Of a DNA stretch of 64,000 nucleotides, positions 38,765-47,866 are shown piece after piece. The stretch is from an uncultured Bifidobacteriaceae bacterium. GTDB lineage: Bacteria > Bacteroidota > Bacteroidia > Chitinophagales > UBA10324. The notes beneath the pieces were generated by a model. That model saw only the letters and a list, made by a program, of their open reading frames with translations. It was not told the origin of the DNA and did not search any database. The DNA lies in contig CAZXFT010000005.1 of NCBI GenBank assembly GCA_964640655.1, forward strand, positions 99,929 through 163,928. Direction: 5' to 3'. Made by a program: the position numbers and the translations under genes. Positions within the stretch are counted from its first letter, which is position 1. Every line of letters begins with the position of its first letter.

Positions 38765-39823
38765 ATGGATTTTGAAATAGACATATATAAGCCTGAGTAT
38801 CATGAACAAGTGATTCAGGTATTAAAAAGTGAGTTGTGGGCTGCGCGCAGCGAAGAGGAATGTCGCAAATTGTTTCAATGGAAATATTTAGAGAATCCAT
38901 TTACTCAAACAGCAGCAGGTTGTGTTGCCAAATATGAAGGCCGTGTGATTTCATTTTTCGGATTATTTATACAGGAATATCAATTCAACGGAGAGCGCTT
39001 TCTGTGTGCCGTTCGATCCGATGCCAGCACCCTACCTGAGTATCAGGGGAAAGGGATATTCAAGAAGCTCACGAATTTTTCGTTGGATTACTTTCATCAC
39101 CAAAGCAAACCCACAGTGCGGTATATATTGGCATTGTCGTCGAATGAAGCCTCATCGGCGGTATATCAAAAAATGGGGTGGCAGGAATTGGGTAATAAAA
39201 GAATGAGGCACAAAATTTCAGTATCGGGCATGTTGGAATACATGCTGAACCGAACGAATGTGTTACAATTACCGCAAACCATTCAGCACAAAGATTACAT
39301 TATACAAATTGGCAATGATTGTATTTCCTATGCATCGGTAAAACATCTGATGCCTTCAGCTACCCATTGTATAGTGAGGAACATGACGGAGGCTGGCTGG
39401 AAATGGCGTTACGCGCATCCCCTGCAACGCAACATATTTTGTACGGTAATGCATCAAGGTCAGATTAAAGCACTGACGGTATTTCAACAGGTGGTTAAAA
39501 ACCGTTATGTTATGTCGGATTATTTCTTCGCCGATTTGAAGACATTGAAAAAGTCAATAAAGACATTTTCCGATATAGCAAGACCATCAGATATACAAGT
39601 TTGGGTATTGGGAAAGCATGAAGAAGAAGTACTTGCTTTGCGTAAATGCGGCTTCTATAATCTGGAATTCATCACCCGACATATCAAGCGATTAAATTCG
39701 CCGCCGGCTTTAATCAGGCCATGTAATCCACAGATACAGGATACAGACTGGTTAATGGATAACAAAGATGTGAGGCATTCAACTATCTGGTATCTAAATG
39801 CTATAGACTCCGATATTTATTAA
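38765..39823 (+). CDS. GNAT-like acetyltransferase family protein (long form), function unknown
   Basis: Contains YQGKGIFKKL, resembling the acetyl-CoA binding motif A (Q/RxxGxG/A). 352 aa. Confidence 0.45.
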   Translation: MDFEIDIYKPEYHEQVIQVLKSELWAARSEEECRKLFQWKYLENPFTQTAAGCVAKYEGRVISFFGLFIQEYQFNGERFLCAVRSDASTLPEYQGKGIFKKLTNFSLDYFHHQSKPTVRYILALSSNEASSAVYQKMGWQELGNKRMRHKISVSGMLEYMLNRTNVLQLPQTIQHKDYIIQIGNDCISYASVKHLMPSATHCIVRNMTEAGWKWRYAHPLQRNIFCTVMHQGQIKALTVFQQVVKNRYVMSDYFFADLKTLKKSIKTFSDIARPSDIQVWVLGKHEEEVLALRKCGFYNLEFITRHIKRLNSPPALIRPCNPQIQDTDWLMDNKDVRHSTIWYLNAIDSDIY

Positions 39824-40008
39824 TAATTAGTACGCATAAAAACATAACCCACTATCAGTACAAGTATTACCACTATGACAATCAGAATAACTTTATAAAA
39901 GTTGTTATACTGCGACTCGTGACAGTATGGACAGACCATAGCACTTTTTTTAATCTCTGAGCCGCAATGGCGACAAGGCTTGTAATTCTGATTATTTCTC
40001 AAGCTCAT
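39820..40008 (-). CDS. Small zinc-ribbon membrane protein
   Basis: CRHCGSEI...CPYCHE is a CxxC...CxxC ribbon, followed by one TM helix. 62 aa. Confidence 0.45.
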   Translation of the reverse strand: MSLRNNQNYKPCRHCGSEIKKSAMVCPYCHESQYNNFYKVILIVIVVILVLIVGYVFMRTNY

Positions 40009-40093
40009 TTTTCAGTCTCTACTTATGCAAAGTTGACATTAATCTCGGGCTTTGCAATAGATCATCCGTTAATAATTCAATAAATTAATCCAA

Positions 40094-42481
40094 CTAAAAT
40101 TCTATTCGGTAACCCCCATATGGAAATCTGCCCAATTGATAATCGGTACGCACTTGTCCGGTATTGGGCTGATAGAAGCGTTGTAGAATGTTTTTATGAT
40201 TTGTGATATTTTCAACAGTAATGAAAAGTGAGTGAGTAACTGATTTCGTATTAATCTTAAACGCAACTTTTAAATCTGCTCTGAAATAGGCCGGATACTG
40301 TTTTGAGAAAGCTTCATTGTCAATAAGTACTTCTCGCTTTTGAAATAGCGATTGTTCCATATCAATAGGAGTATATCTGATGCCTCCGGCATAACCAACA
40401 CGTCCGTCGAAAGTAAGTGCGTTTTTATTTTGCTTACCGAAATTAATTTCATATCCACTCAATATATTGGCAACATAGTGATTGCTAAACTTGGTAAAAC
40501 GCCAAACCTGATCACTTCCTCTATATGTGGCATTAAACAGAGATAGTGTCCCTAACAAATAGTAATGTTTTGAAAATGTTTTTTCGATGGTCGCTTCTAT
40601 ACCATAGTTACGGCCGGTTCCCCTGTTACTGAGGCTATCAAGATTTGGAAAGCCAACATCTCCACCCAAATTCAATACACTTAATGAATTGATGTAGTAA
40701 CCATGTACTGGCACTTGAAACAAATACTGAAAATATGCTTCTGATTTAAAAATCCAGTTACGTGCAAAAGACCATTGATAACCGGCGACTATGTGATGCG
40801 CTTTAGTAAATCCAAGCTGTGTATTAGTTTCAATGTAATTATCTGTTGAAGGGATGTAAGACTTAAAGAAATAAACCACCAAAGGCTGCATTTGACTATG
40901 CAAACCATAACCAAGCCTGTATGTATGTTGCCTATATGAATAAACTAGTCCGGCACGCGGTTCCAAAGAATTGCTTTGGTTGAGTAAAAACTGCTGCGCA
41001 TATAAACCGCTATTCAACTTCAGTGAATTATTAAACCTGTGCTGCCACTGCACCGAAGCATTTAACAAAGAAGCATTCCCATCAAAATCGGCAAGTGTTA
41101 AAGTTTGTGCGAATTGATTTTCATAGTATTTCTCCAGATAATTGAACTCATATAATGTATATCGTGCCTGAACACGCACAGTATTTTTATCATTAAACTT
41201 CTTTGACCATAGGTATTGAACAGCATTCGTGTACTCATTGGTTTTATTCAAATAATTTTCTCTGGTTGCTGTGGCATTTATCAATGTATCCACTTTAATG
41301 CGCAAACGGCTGAATGCTCTTGAGACTGTGAGTTTGCTGTAAGTTTTTGCGGAAATAAACCATGTATGTGAAATCCCCATTGCATACATAGCACTTCCGT
41401 AACGAATATCTTGCCTGCCGGAAGTAAACTGCCAGTCGGCACTATCGCGCTTGTTATCCAGTACATCAACATTGCTGTAACCGCCAATTCCAAATAATGA
41501 AATAGTGTGTTTACTGTTGAGTGGTACGTTTATTTTAATAGTACCATCCTGGTATGTTGGAACCCCACTGACACCAAACTGCAATCCCAATGCATCGAAT
41601 ATGGCAAACGTAGAATAGCGATAGTTGATTAAAAATGATGCATCGCTTTTTTTACTGAATGGGCCTTCGAAACCTGCTTCCAAACCGTTGATGCCCATTG
41701 CTGAGGTAAACTCATATTTTTTATTGTTGCCATTGCGCAATCGCAAATCAAAAGCTGCGGCTATTTTATTTCCATAGTCTGCTGGGAAAGCACCCGTTAA
41801 AAAATCGGATGCTGAGAGTAAGTTGTTATTTAAGATACTCAACGCACCACCACTGGCACCTTGACCGGTAAAGTGATTCGGATTCGGAATATCAACTCCT
41901 TCCAATCGCCATAACACGCCGAGTGGCGAATTGCCGCGAACAATGACTTCGTTGCGAGAATCGTTACCGGAAAAAACTCCGGCAAAATTGGCCACCATTC
42001 TGCTGGGGTCTATACGACTGCCGGCATAACGATTGGTTTCTTCAGGAGAAAAAGTTTGAGCACTGATACTAATCATGCTATTAATATTTTCTCGCTTCAT
42101 CAAAAGAGATGAATCCTTGATCACCACATTTTTGATGGTCGCTATCTTAGGTTCAAGTTCTATGTTCAGAAATAGTTCTTTTCCACTACTGATGATAATA
42201 TTATTTAGTACCACCGGATTGTACCCTATGCACTGCACCTGAAGGCTATGCCTGCCCACAGGAACATTTTTTATTAAAAATTCCCCTGTAGGGGTGGTGT
42301 ATTCCCCCAGAAGGGGGGTAGTGGTGGTAAGTACCACCGAGGCACTGATAATGGGCAATTTTGAGTCTTTATCCAGAACTTTTCCGCGTAGATACTGGGT
42401 ATAATTTTGAGCATAAACCACTGAATAACACCCTGTTAGAACAAATAATGATGCAATTATGAATAAGTTACTTTTACTCAT
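40094..42481 (-). CDS. TonB-dependent outer-membrane receptor with an N-terminal CarboxypepD_reg domain
   Basis: The N-terminus (RGKVLDKDSKLPIISASVVL..PTGEFLIKNVPVGRHSLQVQCIGY) is followed by a plug-like region and a long beta-barrel ending ..GGYRIEF. Start taken at ATG 42481. TTG at 42490 is also possible. Confidence 0.85.
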   Translation of the reverse strand: MSKSNLFIIASLFVLTGCYSVVYAQNYTQYLRGKVLDKDSKLPIISASVVLTTTTPLLGEYTTPTGEFLIKNVPVGRHSLQVQCIGYNPVVLNNIIISSGKELFLNIELEPKIATIKNVVIKDSSLLMKRENINSMISISAQTFSPEETNRYAGSRIDPSRMVANFAGVFSGNDSRNEVIVRGNSPLGVLWRLEGVDIPNPNHFTGQGASGGALSILNNNLLSASDFLTGAFPADYGNKIAAAFDLRLRNGNNKKYEFTSAMGINGLEAGFEGPFSKKSDASFLINYRYSTFAIFDALGLQFGVSGVPTYQDGTIKINVPLNSKHTISLFGIGGYSNVDVLDNKRDSADWQFTSGRQDIRYGSAMYAMGISHTWFISAKTYSKLTVSRAFSRLRIKVDTLINATATRENYLNKTNEYTNAVQYLWSKKFNDKNTVRVQARYTLYEFNYLEKYYENQFAQTLTLADFDGNASLLNASVQWQHRFNNSLKLNSGLYAQQFLLNQSNSLEPRAGLVYSYRQHTYRLGYGLHSQMQPLVVYFFKSYIPSTDNYIETNTQLGFTKAHHIVAGYQWSFARNWIFKSEAYFQYLFQVPVHGYYINSLSVLNLGGDVGFPNLDSLSNRGTGRNYGIEATIEKTFSKHYYLLGTLSLFNATYRGSDQVWRFTKFSNHYVANILSGYEINFGKQNKNALTFDGRVGYAGGIRYTPIDMEQSLFQKREVLIDNEAFSKQYPAYFRADLKVAFKINTKSVTHSLFITVENITNHKNILQRFYQPNTGQVRTDYQLGRFPYGGYRIEF

Positions 42482-42556
42482 AAGGCTCAATTCTTAGTCC
42501 TTAACTTTCCGGTAAAAATTCCCCCGTGGGGGTATAAATATACCCCTACAGGGGTA
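42283..42556. repeat. Four short GC-only palindromic hairpins (CCCC-N4-GGGG type)
   Basis: CCCCTGTAGGGG (42283-94), CCCCCAGAAGGGGGG (42304-18), CCCCCGTGGGGG (42521-32) and TACCCCTACAGGGGTA (42541-56). Two lie in the receptor CDS and two in its leader. AAAAATTCCCC precedes two of them. Confidence 0.6.
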
Positions 42557-42579
42557 TTGTCGGAGTACATGTGCCAAGG

Positions 42580-42587
42580 TACTTTTG
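42580..42587 (+). promoter_or_regulatory. -7 promoter box TACTTTTG on the plus strand (candidate sRNA or kynA leader promoter)
   Basis: Exact TAnnTTTG match about 35 nt upstream of the plus-strand terminator hairpin and 188 nt upstream of the kynA ATG. Confidence 0.35.
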
Positions 42588-42622
42588 GAATCGAAAATAT
42601 TTGGTTTTCATTCGGTTTCAAT

Positions 42623-42662
42623 AATCCCTCAGAGGTAATTCCAAAGAGGGATTGTTTTTTTA
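42623..42662 (+). terminator. Plus-strand intrinsic terminator inside the divergent intergenic region
   Basis: AATCCCTC (42623-30) pairs with GAGGGATT (42646-53), followed by GTTTTTTT. On the minus strand no U-tract follows, so it is orientation-specific. Confidence 0.6.
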
Positions 42663-42677
42663 CAGCCATTCCTTTAG

Positions 42678-42685
42678 CAAATATA
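42678..42685 (-). promoter_or_regulatory. -7 promoter box TATATTTG (minus strand) for the TonB-dependent receptor
   Basis: The plus strand reads CAAATATA, which is TATATTTG on the minus strand. This implies a 5' UTR of roughly 180 nt for the receptor mRNA. Confidence 0.4.
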
Positions 42686-42774
42686 TCACTACTGCACATA
42701 CAAAAACTTGATGTAAGTCATCGGGCTATTATTTCTTTAGTGATTACATTGCGTGCCACACAACAGAATACTAT

Positions 42775-43797
42775 ATGCCTTACCCTGTTTACTATCACGA
42801 TTATCTTCAGTTGGATAAATTATTAAATGCACAACAACTAGAATCGGATTTAGCCGGCGATCATGCTCACGATGAAATGTTGTTTATTGTCATTCATCAG
42901 GCATATGAAATCTGGTTTAAGCAGGTGCTGTTTGAAACAGCATCGGTTATCGACATATTTAATACAGAACGTATCAGCGATAACAGCAATCATTTGCAAT
43001 TAGCTACACATCGCTTAAACCGTGTCGTAGAGATATTAAAAGTATTGGTCCATCAAATAGATATTCTCGAAACCATGACCCCAATGGAGTTTATGGAGTT
43101 CCGCGATTATTTAAGACCGGCAAGTGGTTTTCAGAGTTTGCAATTCAAGGTATTGGAAGCAAGGCTGGGACTACCATTCAGCGAGCGACATGGGCAAGAG
43201 TATTATCTGTCTCAACTCAAACCCGAGCATGTGACCTACATTAAGGAAATGGAAAAATTGCCAACATTGATAAATGGCATTAATCAGTGGTTGGAACGCT
43301 TTCCTTTTTTAAATGATGCATACTGGCATCATCTGAAAAATAATAACTCTAACAATAATTTATTCTGGAATGAATACCGCAAACAATATGCATCAACTTT
43401 AGATGAACGTGAGAAAGGGAACCTCTCAGCATTCGATAGCGTCCTGTTTGGAGATGAAAATAAATTCTCATTATCGTCAGGTGCTATGCGTAGTGCACTG
43501 TTCATTATGCTATATCGCGGTGAACCATTAATGCATTTACCTTTCAGATTACTTCATGCCTTACTTGACATTGATGAACAATTATCTACGTGGCGCTTCA
43601 GACACATTAATATGGTGCATCGTATGATTGGTTCCCGAATTGGTACCGGAGGCAGCACAGGCAAAGAATATTTGCAAGGTGCTTTGAACAAGCATTATAT
43701 TTTTAAAGATTTGGCCACGTTGACTTCATTTATGATGAATACCAAAAAACTACCCGCTTTATCAGAGGAACTCAAACAGTTGATGGGCTATAAGTAG
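42775..43797 (+). CDS. kynA: Tryptophan 2,3-dioxygenase
   Basis: Contains [46 protein letters not shown] and [21 protein letters not shown]. Confidence 0.9.
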   Translation: MPYPVYYHDYLQLDKLLNAQQLESDLAGDHAHDEMLFIVIHQAYEIWFKQVLFETASVIDIFNTERISDNSNHLQLATHRLNRVVEILKVLVHQIDILETMTPMEFMEFRDYLRPASGFQSLQFKVLEARLGLPFSERHGQEYYLSQLKPEHVTYIKEMEKLPTLINGINQWLERFPFLNDAYWHHLKNNNSNNNLFWNEYRKQYASTLDEREKGNLSAFDSVLFGDENKFSLSSGAMRSALFIMLYRGEPLMHLPFRLLHALLDIDEQLSTWRFRHINMVHRMIGSRIGTGGSTGKEYLQGALNKHYIFKDLATLTSFMMNTKKLPALSEELKQLMGYK

Positions 43798-43822
43798 TCC
43801 CCTTCATACACTCATTCTTAGC

Positions 43823-43830
43823 TACTTTTG
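43823..43830 (+). promoter_or_regulatory. -7 promoter box TACTTTTG for glyA
   Basis: Exact TAnnTTTG match 17 nt upstream of ATG 43848. Confidence 0.5.
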
Positions 43831-43847
43831 AAGGGTTAATAGAAAAT

Positions 43848-45143
43848 ATGCAACGCGATACTGTTTTATTCAACCTGATTCAAAAAGAATTGCAACGTCA
43901 GCGCCACGGAGTGGAGTTGATTGCCTCCGAAAATTTTGTAACCAAACAAGTGATGGAAGCTATGGGCTCCTGTCTCACAAATAAATATGCCGAGGGTTAT
44001 CCTGGTCGCCGTTACTATGGCGGCTGCGAGGTAGTTGACGAAGTGGAGCAATTAGCTATTGACCGCATCAAACAACTTTTTGGTGCAGAATACGCCAATG
44101 TTCAGCCCCACAGTGGTGCACAAGCCAATGCTGCGGTAATGCTGGCCCTATTGCAACCCGGGGAAACGATACTAGGCCTAGACTTGGCTCACGGTGGTCA
44201 TCTTACCCATGGCAGTCCGGCAAATTTTTCCGGTAAGATTTATAGACCTGTGTTCTATGGTGTAGAAGAAAACACAGGAATGATTGACTACAATAAGGTG
44301 GAAGAAATTGCGCTGCGCGAAAAACCTAAGATGATTATCTGCGGTGCATCGGCATACTCTCGTGAATGGGATTATGCTCGTTTCCGACAGATAGCCGACA
44401 AAGTGGGTGCATTTTTATTATGCGATATGGCACACCCTGCTGGTTTAATTGCAAAAGGTTTTCTAAACAATCCACTTCCTCATTGTCACATAATTACATC
44501 CACTACACACAAAACTCTTCGCGGACCTCGTGGTGGTATCATACTTATCGGTAAAGATTTTGAAAATCCTTTTGGACTAAAAACTCCCAAAGGAGAAATA
44601 AGAATGATGAGTTCACTCATTGATGGAGCAGTATTTCCAGGCACTCAAGGCGGACCACTTGAGCATATCATAGCAGCCAAAGCTGTGGCATTTGGGGAAG
44701 CACTCACTGACGAATTTAAATTATATGGCGCACAGGTTATTAAGAATGCCCAGGCTATGGCCAACGCAATGGTGAGTCGCGGTTATAAAATTATTTCCGG
44801 CGGCACCGACAATCATCTTATGCTAATTGATCTTCGTTCTAAGACACAAACTTCTGGTAAGAAAGCAGAAAACACATTAGTGCGCGCAGATATCACCATC
44901 AATAAAAACATGGTACCCTTCGATGATAAATCGCCATTCGTTACATCTGGAATTCGAGTAGGGACCGCTGCTGTTACTTCACGAGGAATGAAAGAGCAGC
45001 ATATGGAACAAATTGCAGACTGGATGGATCGCATCATTATGAATATTGACAATGAAACACTCATAACACAAACACGAAAAGAAGTTAATGAGATGATGGA
45101 GCAGTTTCCATTATATGCCGAATTGAATGTAGCCGTAAGTTAA
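43848..45143 (+). CDS. glyA: Serine hydroxymethyltransferase
   Basis: Contains [22 protein letters not shown] and the [15 protein letters not shown]-lysine motif. Confidence 0.96.
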   Translation: MQRDTVLFNLIQKELQRQRHGVELIASENFVTKQVMEAMGSCLTNKYAEGYPGRRYYGGCEVVDEVEQLAIDRIKQLFGAEYANVQPHSGAQANAAVMLALLQPGETILGLDLAHGGHLTHGSPANFSGKIYRPVFYGVEENTGMIDYNKVEEIALREKPKMIICGASAYSREWDYARFRQIADKVGAFLLCDMAHPAGLIAKGFLNNPLPHCHIITSTTHKTLRGPRGGIILIGKDFENPFGLKTPKGEIRMMSSLIDGAVFPGTQGGPLEHIIAAKAVAFGEALTDEFKLYGAQVIKNAQAMANAMVSRGYKIISGGTDNHLMLIDLRSKTQTSGKKAENTLVRADITINKNMVPFDDKSPFVTSGIRVGTAAVTSRGMKEQHMEQIADWMDRIIMNIDNETLITQTRKEVNEMMEQFPLYAELNVAVS

Positions 45144-45151
45144 AACACGCT

Positions 45152-45799
45152 ATGGAACCCACATCTAAAGAACGTATACTTAAGAAAATAAGGAAGGCAT
45201 TAACAAATTCAACTCCTCTTCCCTTTCCAAATGTTGAGAACAGTTCATCTGTATATCAGCCACAGCGCGATGATTTAGAAATTATTTTTGCCGAAGAGTT
45301 CACCAAAATTCAGGGCAACTTTATTTACTGCGAAAATGAATCGGAGTTTATTACTCTGCTCAAACAACTGGTTAATGAAAAAAAATGGACTTCAGCTTTT
45401 TGTTGGGAATACGATCTGCAACAACTATTAACCAAACATCAATTTAGTAATATCAAAATCGGCAAAGGAATTGAGCGCGCTGAAGCAGGTATTACGCTTG
45501 TGGAATGCCTGATAGCACGCACAGGTACATTTTTATTATCGAGCAAAATGGCTGCGGGTCGCAGTCTTTCCGTATTTCCACCATCACATATTGCCGTAGC
45601 ATATACGTCACAACTGGTTTACGACATTAAAGATGCACTCCATTTTCTGGGGCAGAAATACGATAACGACATACCTTCTATGATCACTTTTGCTACCGGT
45701 CCGAGCAGAACTGCCGATATTGAAAAAACATTGGTTCTTGGTGCACACGGCCCTAAAGAAGTTTTTCTTTTTTTGATTGATGACAGCAACATTGCGTAA
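45152..45799 (+). CDS. LUD domain protein (LutC/YkgG-like)
   Basis: About 215 aa. The pattern ..ITLVECLIARTGTFLLSS..HIAV...GPSRTADIE is typical of LutC-family proteins. Confidence 0.55.
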   Translation: MEPTSKERILKKIRKALTNSTPLPFPNVENSSSVYQPQRDDLEIIFAEEFTKIQGNFIYCENESEFITLLKQLVNEKKWTSAFCWEYDLQQLLTKHQFSNIKIGKGIERAEAGITLVECLIARTGTFLLSSKMAAGRSLSVFPPSHIAVAYTSQLVYDIKDALHFLGQKYDNDIPSMITFATGPSRTADIEKTLVLGAHGPKEVFLFLIDDSNIA

Positions 45800-46560
45800 T
45801 GCAAATAGAAGTTCCTGCAGGTAAAAAAGCTTATTTCGTTTCTGATTTACATCTTGGTTTACCTGATGCCGAAACTTCACTGCGACGCGAAAAACGTTTT
45901 TGTCAATGGCTCGATACAATCAGCAGCGATGCATCACACTTATTTATCGTTGGCGATTTGTTCGACTTTTGGTACGAATATAAATATGTTGTGCCGCGTG
46001 GTTTTGTTCGCACACTGGGCAAGCTGGCTGAATTGAGTGATAAAGGGTTACCCATCTTCTTTTTCACCGGCAATCACGATCAATGGATGCTCGATTATTT
46101 TGAAGTTGAGTTGGGCATTAAAGTCTTTCGAGATGTTCAGCGATTTACCTTCAACGATAAAAAAATTATTATTGGTCACGGCGATGGTCTCGGCCCAGGC
46201 GATTACTCATATAAAAGACTAAAGAAAATATTTACCAGCCCGATTGCACGATGGCTCTTCAGCAGACTGCATCCCAACTTTGCGCTGTGGCTTGGCAATA
46301 AATGGTCTAAGAATAACCGTTTGCTGAATGGTATACACGAAGAACAATTTCTTGGTGAAGAAAAAGAATGGCTGATAGGATACAGCAGAGAAGCATTAAC
46401 CAAAGAACACACGGACTATTTTATTTTTGGCCATCGTCACCTGGCACTTGACTATACATTGAGTAATACAAGTAAATATATTAATCTCGGCGACTGGCTT
46501 ACTTTTTACAGTTACGCTTCATTCGACGGCAACAAAGTTGAACTGCTTTATTTCAAATAG
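45799..46560 (+). CDS. lpxH: UDP-2,3-diacylglucosamine diphosphatase
   Basis: Calcineurin-like metallophosphoesterase motifs SDLHLG, VGDLFDFW, GNHD and GHRH. Its length and context fit LpxH. Confidence 0.8.
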   Translation: MQIEVPAGKKAYFVSDLHLGLPDAETSLRREKRFCQWLDTISSDASHLFIVGDLFDFWYEYKYVVPRGFVRTLGKLAELSDKGLPIFFFTGNHDQWMLDYFEVELGIKVFRDVQRFTFNDKKIIIGHGDGLGPGDYSYKRLKKIFTSPIARWLFSRLHPNFALWLGNKWSKNNRLLNGIHEEQFLGEEKEWLIGYSREALTKEHTDYFIFGHRHLALDYTLSNTSKYINLGDWLTFYSYASFDGNKVELLYFK

Positions 46561-46654
46561 TGTGTTTAATATATTAAATGCCTTACACACACTGTGTTAG
46601 GAAATTTCACCAATGCAATTTGAATCTGTCAGCAATCCCAATCATTTTTAAAAA

Positions 46655-47866
46655 GTGAAAAAATTTATAGTCTTTGGACTGGCAACGTTGATTGGTGTTG
46701 TTGTTATTGTACGCAGTTGCAATAATCAAAAAACTAAAGCTAGTGAAATATTTAAATCTATAGATACTACTTATGAAATAACAAGCGACCCACAGTTGGC
46801 TCCTTTAGCCCTACGTATTGATGAGTTGCTACACAGTTATCAAAGGAGGAATGGTTACAACTGTGCCGTACTAATAGCACACAACAATAAAATACTCTTG
46901 CAAAAAGGTTACGGTGTATCAGACTATAAGACCAAAGAACCTCTGAACATGCACACCAGCTTTCAACTGGCCTCTGTTTCAAAACCTATCACTGCAACTG
47001 CTGTACTTATGCTTTGGGAGCGGAATCAACTTGATATTAAAGACAAGGTAAGCGAGCACATTGAAGGGTTTCCATATGATGAAATTACCATTGAAATGTT
47101 GTTAAGTCATCGTTCAGGTTTGTCTAACTATATGTACTTCTGCGATGAATATGTTTCAGACAAGACGAGTCGACTCACCAATAATGATGACATCATTGAA
47201 TTACTTATTAAATATAAGCCTTCACTGAGATTTAATCCAGGTAAAAGATTTATGTACAGCAACACCAACTATTGTTTGCTGGCTAGTATTGTTGAGAAAG
47301 TGACTGGTAAAAGTTTTTCTGAGTACGTGAAGCAGGAAATATTTACTCCCCTTCAAATGAACGACAGCTATGTAATTACAGACAAACCACAGCGCGATAA
47401 TATTGCAAAGGCATATACCCACGGTTTTGCGACTTTACCTGAAGATTACTTAGATGGTGTGATCGGCGATAAAGGCATATGTGCATCGGTTAATGATTTA
47501 TACAAATTCCATGTGGGGCTGGAGCAAGGGTTATTGTTGAAAAAAGAAACACTGGCTGAAGCATACTCTCCACGAAGCTTTGAAAAGAAAGGAGAAAAAA
47601 ATTACGGCTATGGCTGGAGAATGAAGAAACAAACAGCCGGTGATTATATCATATACCATAATGGCTGGTGGCGAGGATTTAATACTTTGTTCTTCAGACG
47701 ATTGAGTGATAATACAGTTGTCATTATACTCAACAACAAACTCAATAAAGGAATTTATCGCATCACACCTATCCTGGAAATTCTTGATGGAATGAAATCC
47801 GAGTTTGATACAGAAGATGAACGCGTAAATATTACAATGAATAACATAAAAAATACTAAGGTGTAA
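46655..47866 (+). CDS. Serine hydrolase of the beta-lactamase/PBP4* family
   Basis: Contains the SxxK motif in FQLASVSKPITA and YSNTNY (YxN). GTG start with a signal/anchor. Confidence 0.8.
   Translation: MKKFIVFGLATLIGVVVIVRSCNNQKTKASEIFKSIDTTYEITSDPQLAPLALRIDELLHSYQRRNGYNCAVLIAHNNKILLQKGYGVSDYKTKEPLNMHTSFQLASVSKPITATAVLMLWERNQLDIKDKVSEHIEGFPYDEITIEMLLSHRSGLSNYMYFCDEYVSDKTSRLTNNDDIIELLIKYKPSLRFNPGKRFMYSNTNYCLLASIVEKVTGKSFSEYVKQEIFTPLQMNDSYVITDKPQRDNIAKAYTHGFATLPEDYLDGVIGDKGICASVNDLYKFHVGLEQGLLLKKETLAEAYSPRSFEKKGEKNYGYGWRMKKQTAGDYIIYHNGWWRGFNTLFFRRLSDNTVVIILNNKLNKGIYRITPILEILDGMKSEFDTEDERVNITMNNIKNTKV

Noticed and set aside
42487-42699. 70-aa minus-strand ORF immediately upstream of, and overlapping, the TonB-receptor start, considered as a possible real upstream gene or leader peptide.
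   Set aside because: It spans the hairpin-rich leader and the antisense of the plus-strand terminator. It has no signal or motif, and its predicted promoter box (42678-85) would lie inside it. It is treated as non-coding or a decayed duplication and noted under findings.
42491-42700. Known riboswitch classes typical upstream of TonB-dependent receptors (cobalamin, TPP).
   Set aside because: I could not find the B12-box/GCCACUG core or the TPP CUGAGA...ACCUGAUCUGGAUAAUGCCAGCG-type core on either strand. Only an Infernal scan could settle this.
46559-46594. Inverted repeat AGTGTGT...ACACACT with an internal TTAATATATTAA palindrome after lpxH.
   Set aside because: The loop is about 22 nt and no T-tract follows, so it is not a convincing terminator. 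No second copy was seen to suggest a repeat family.
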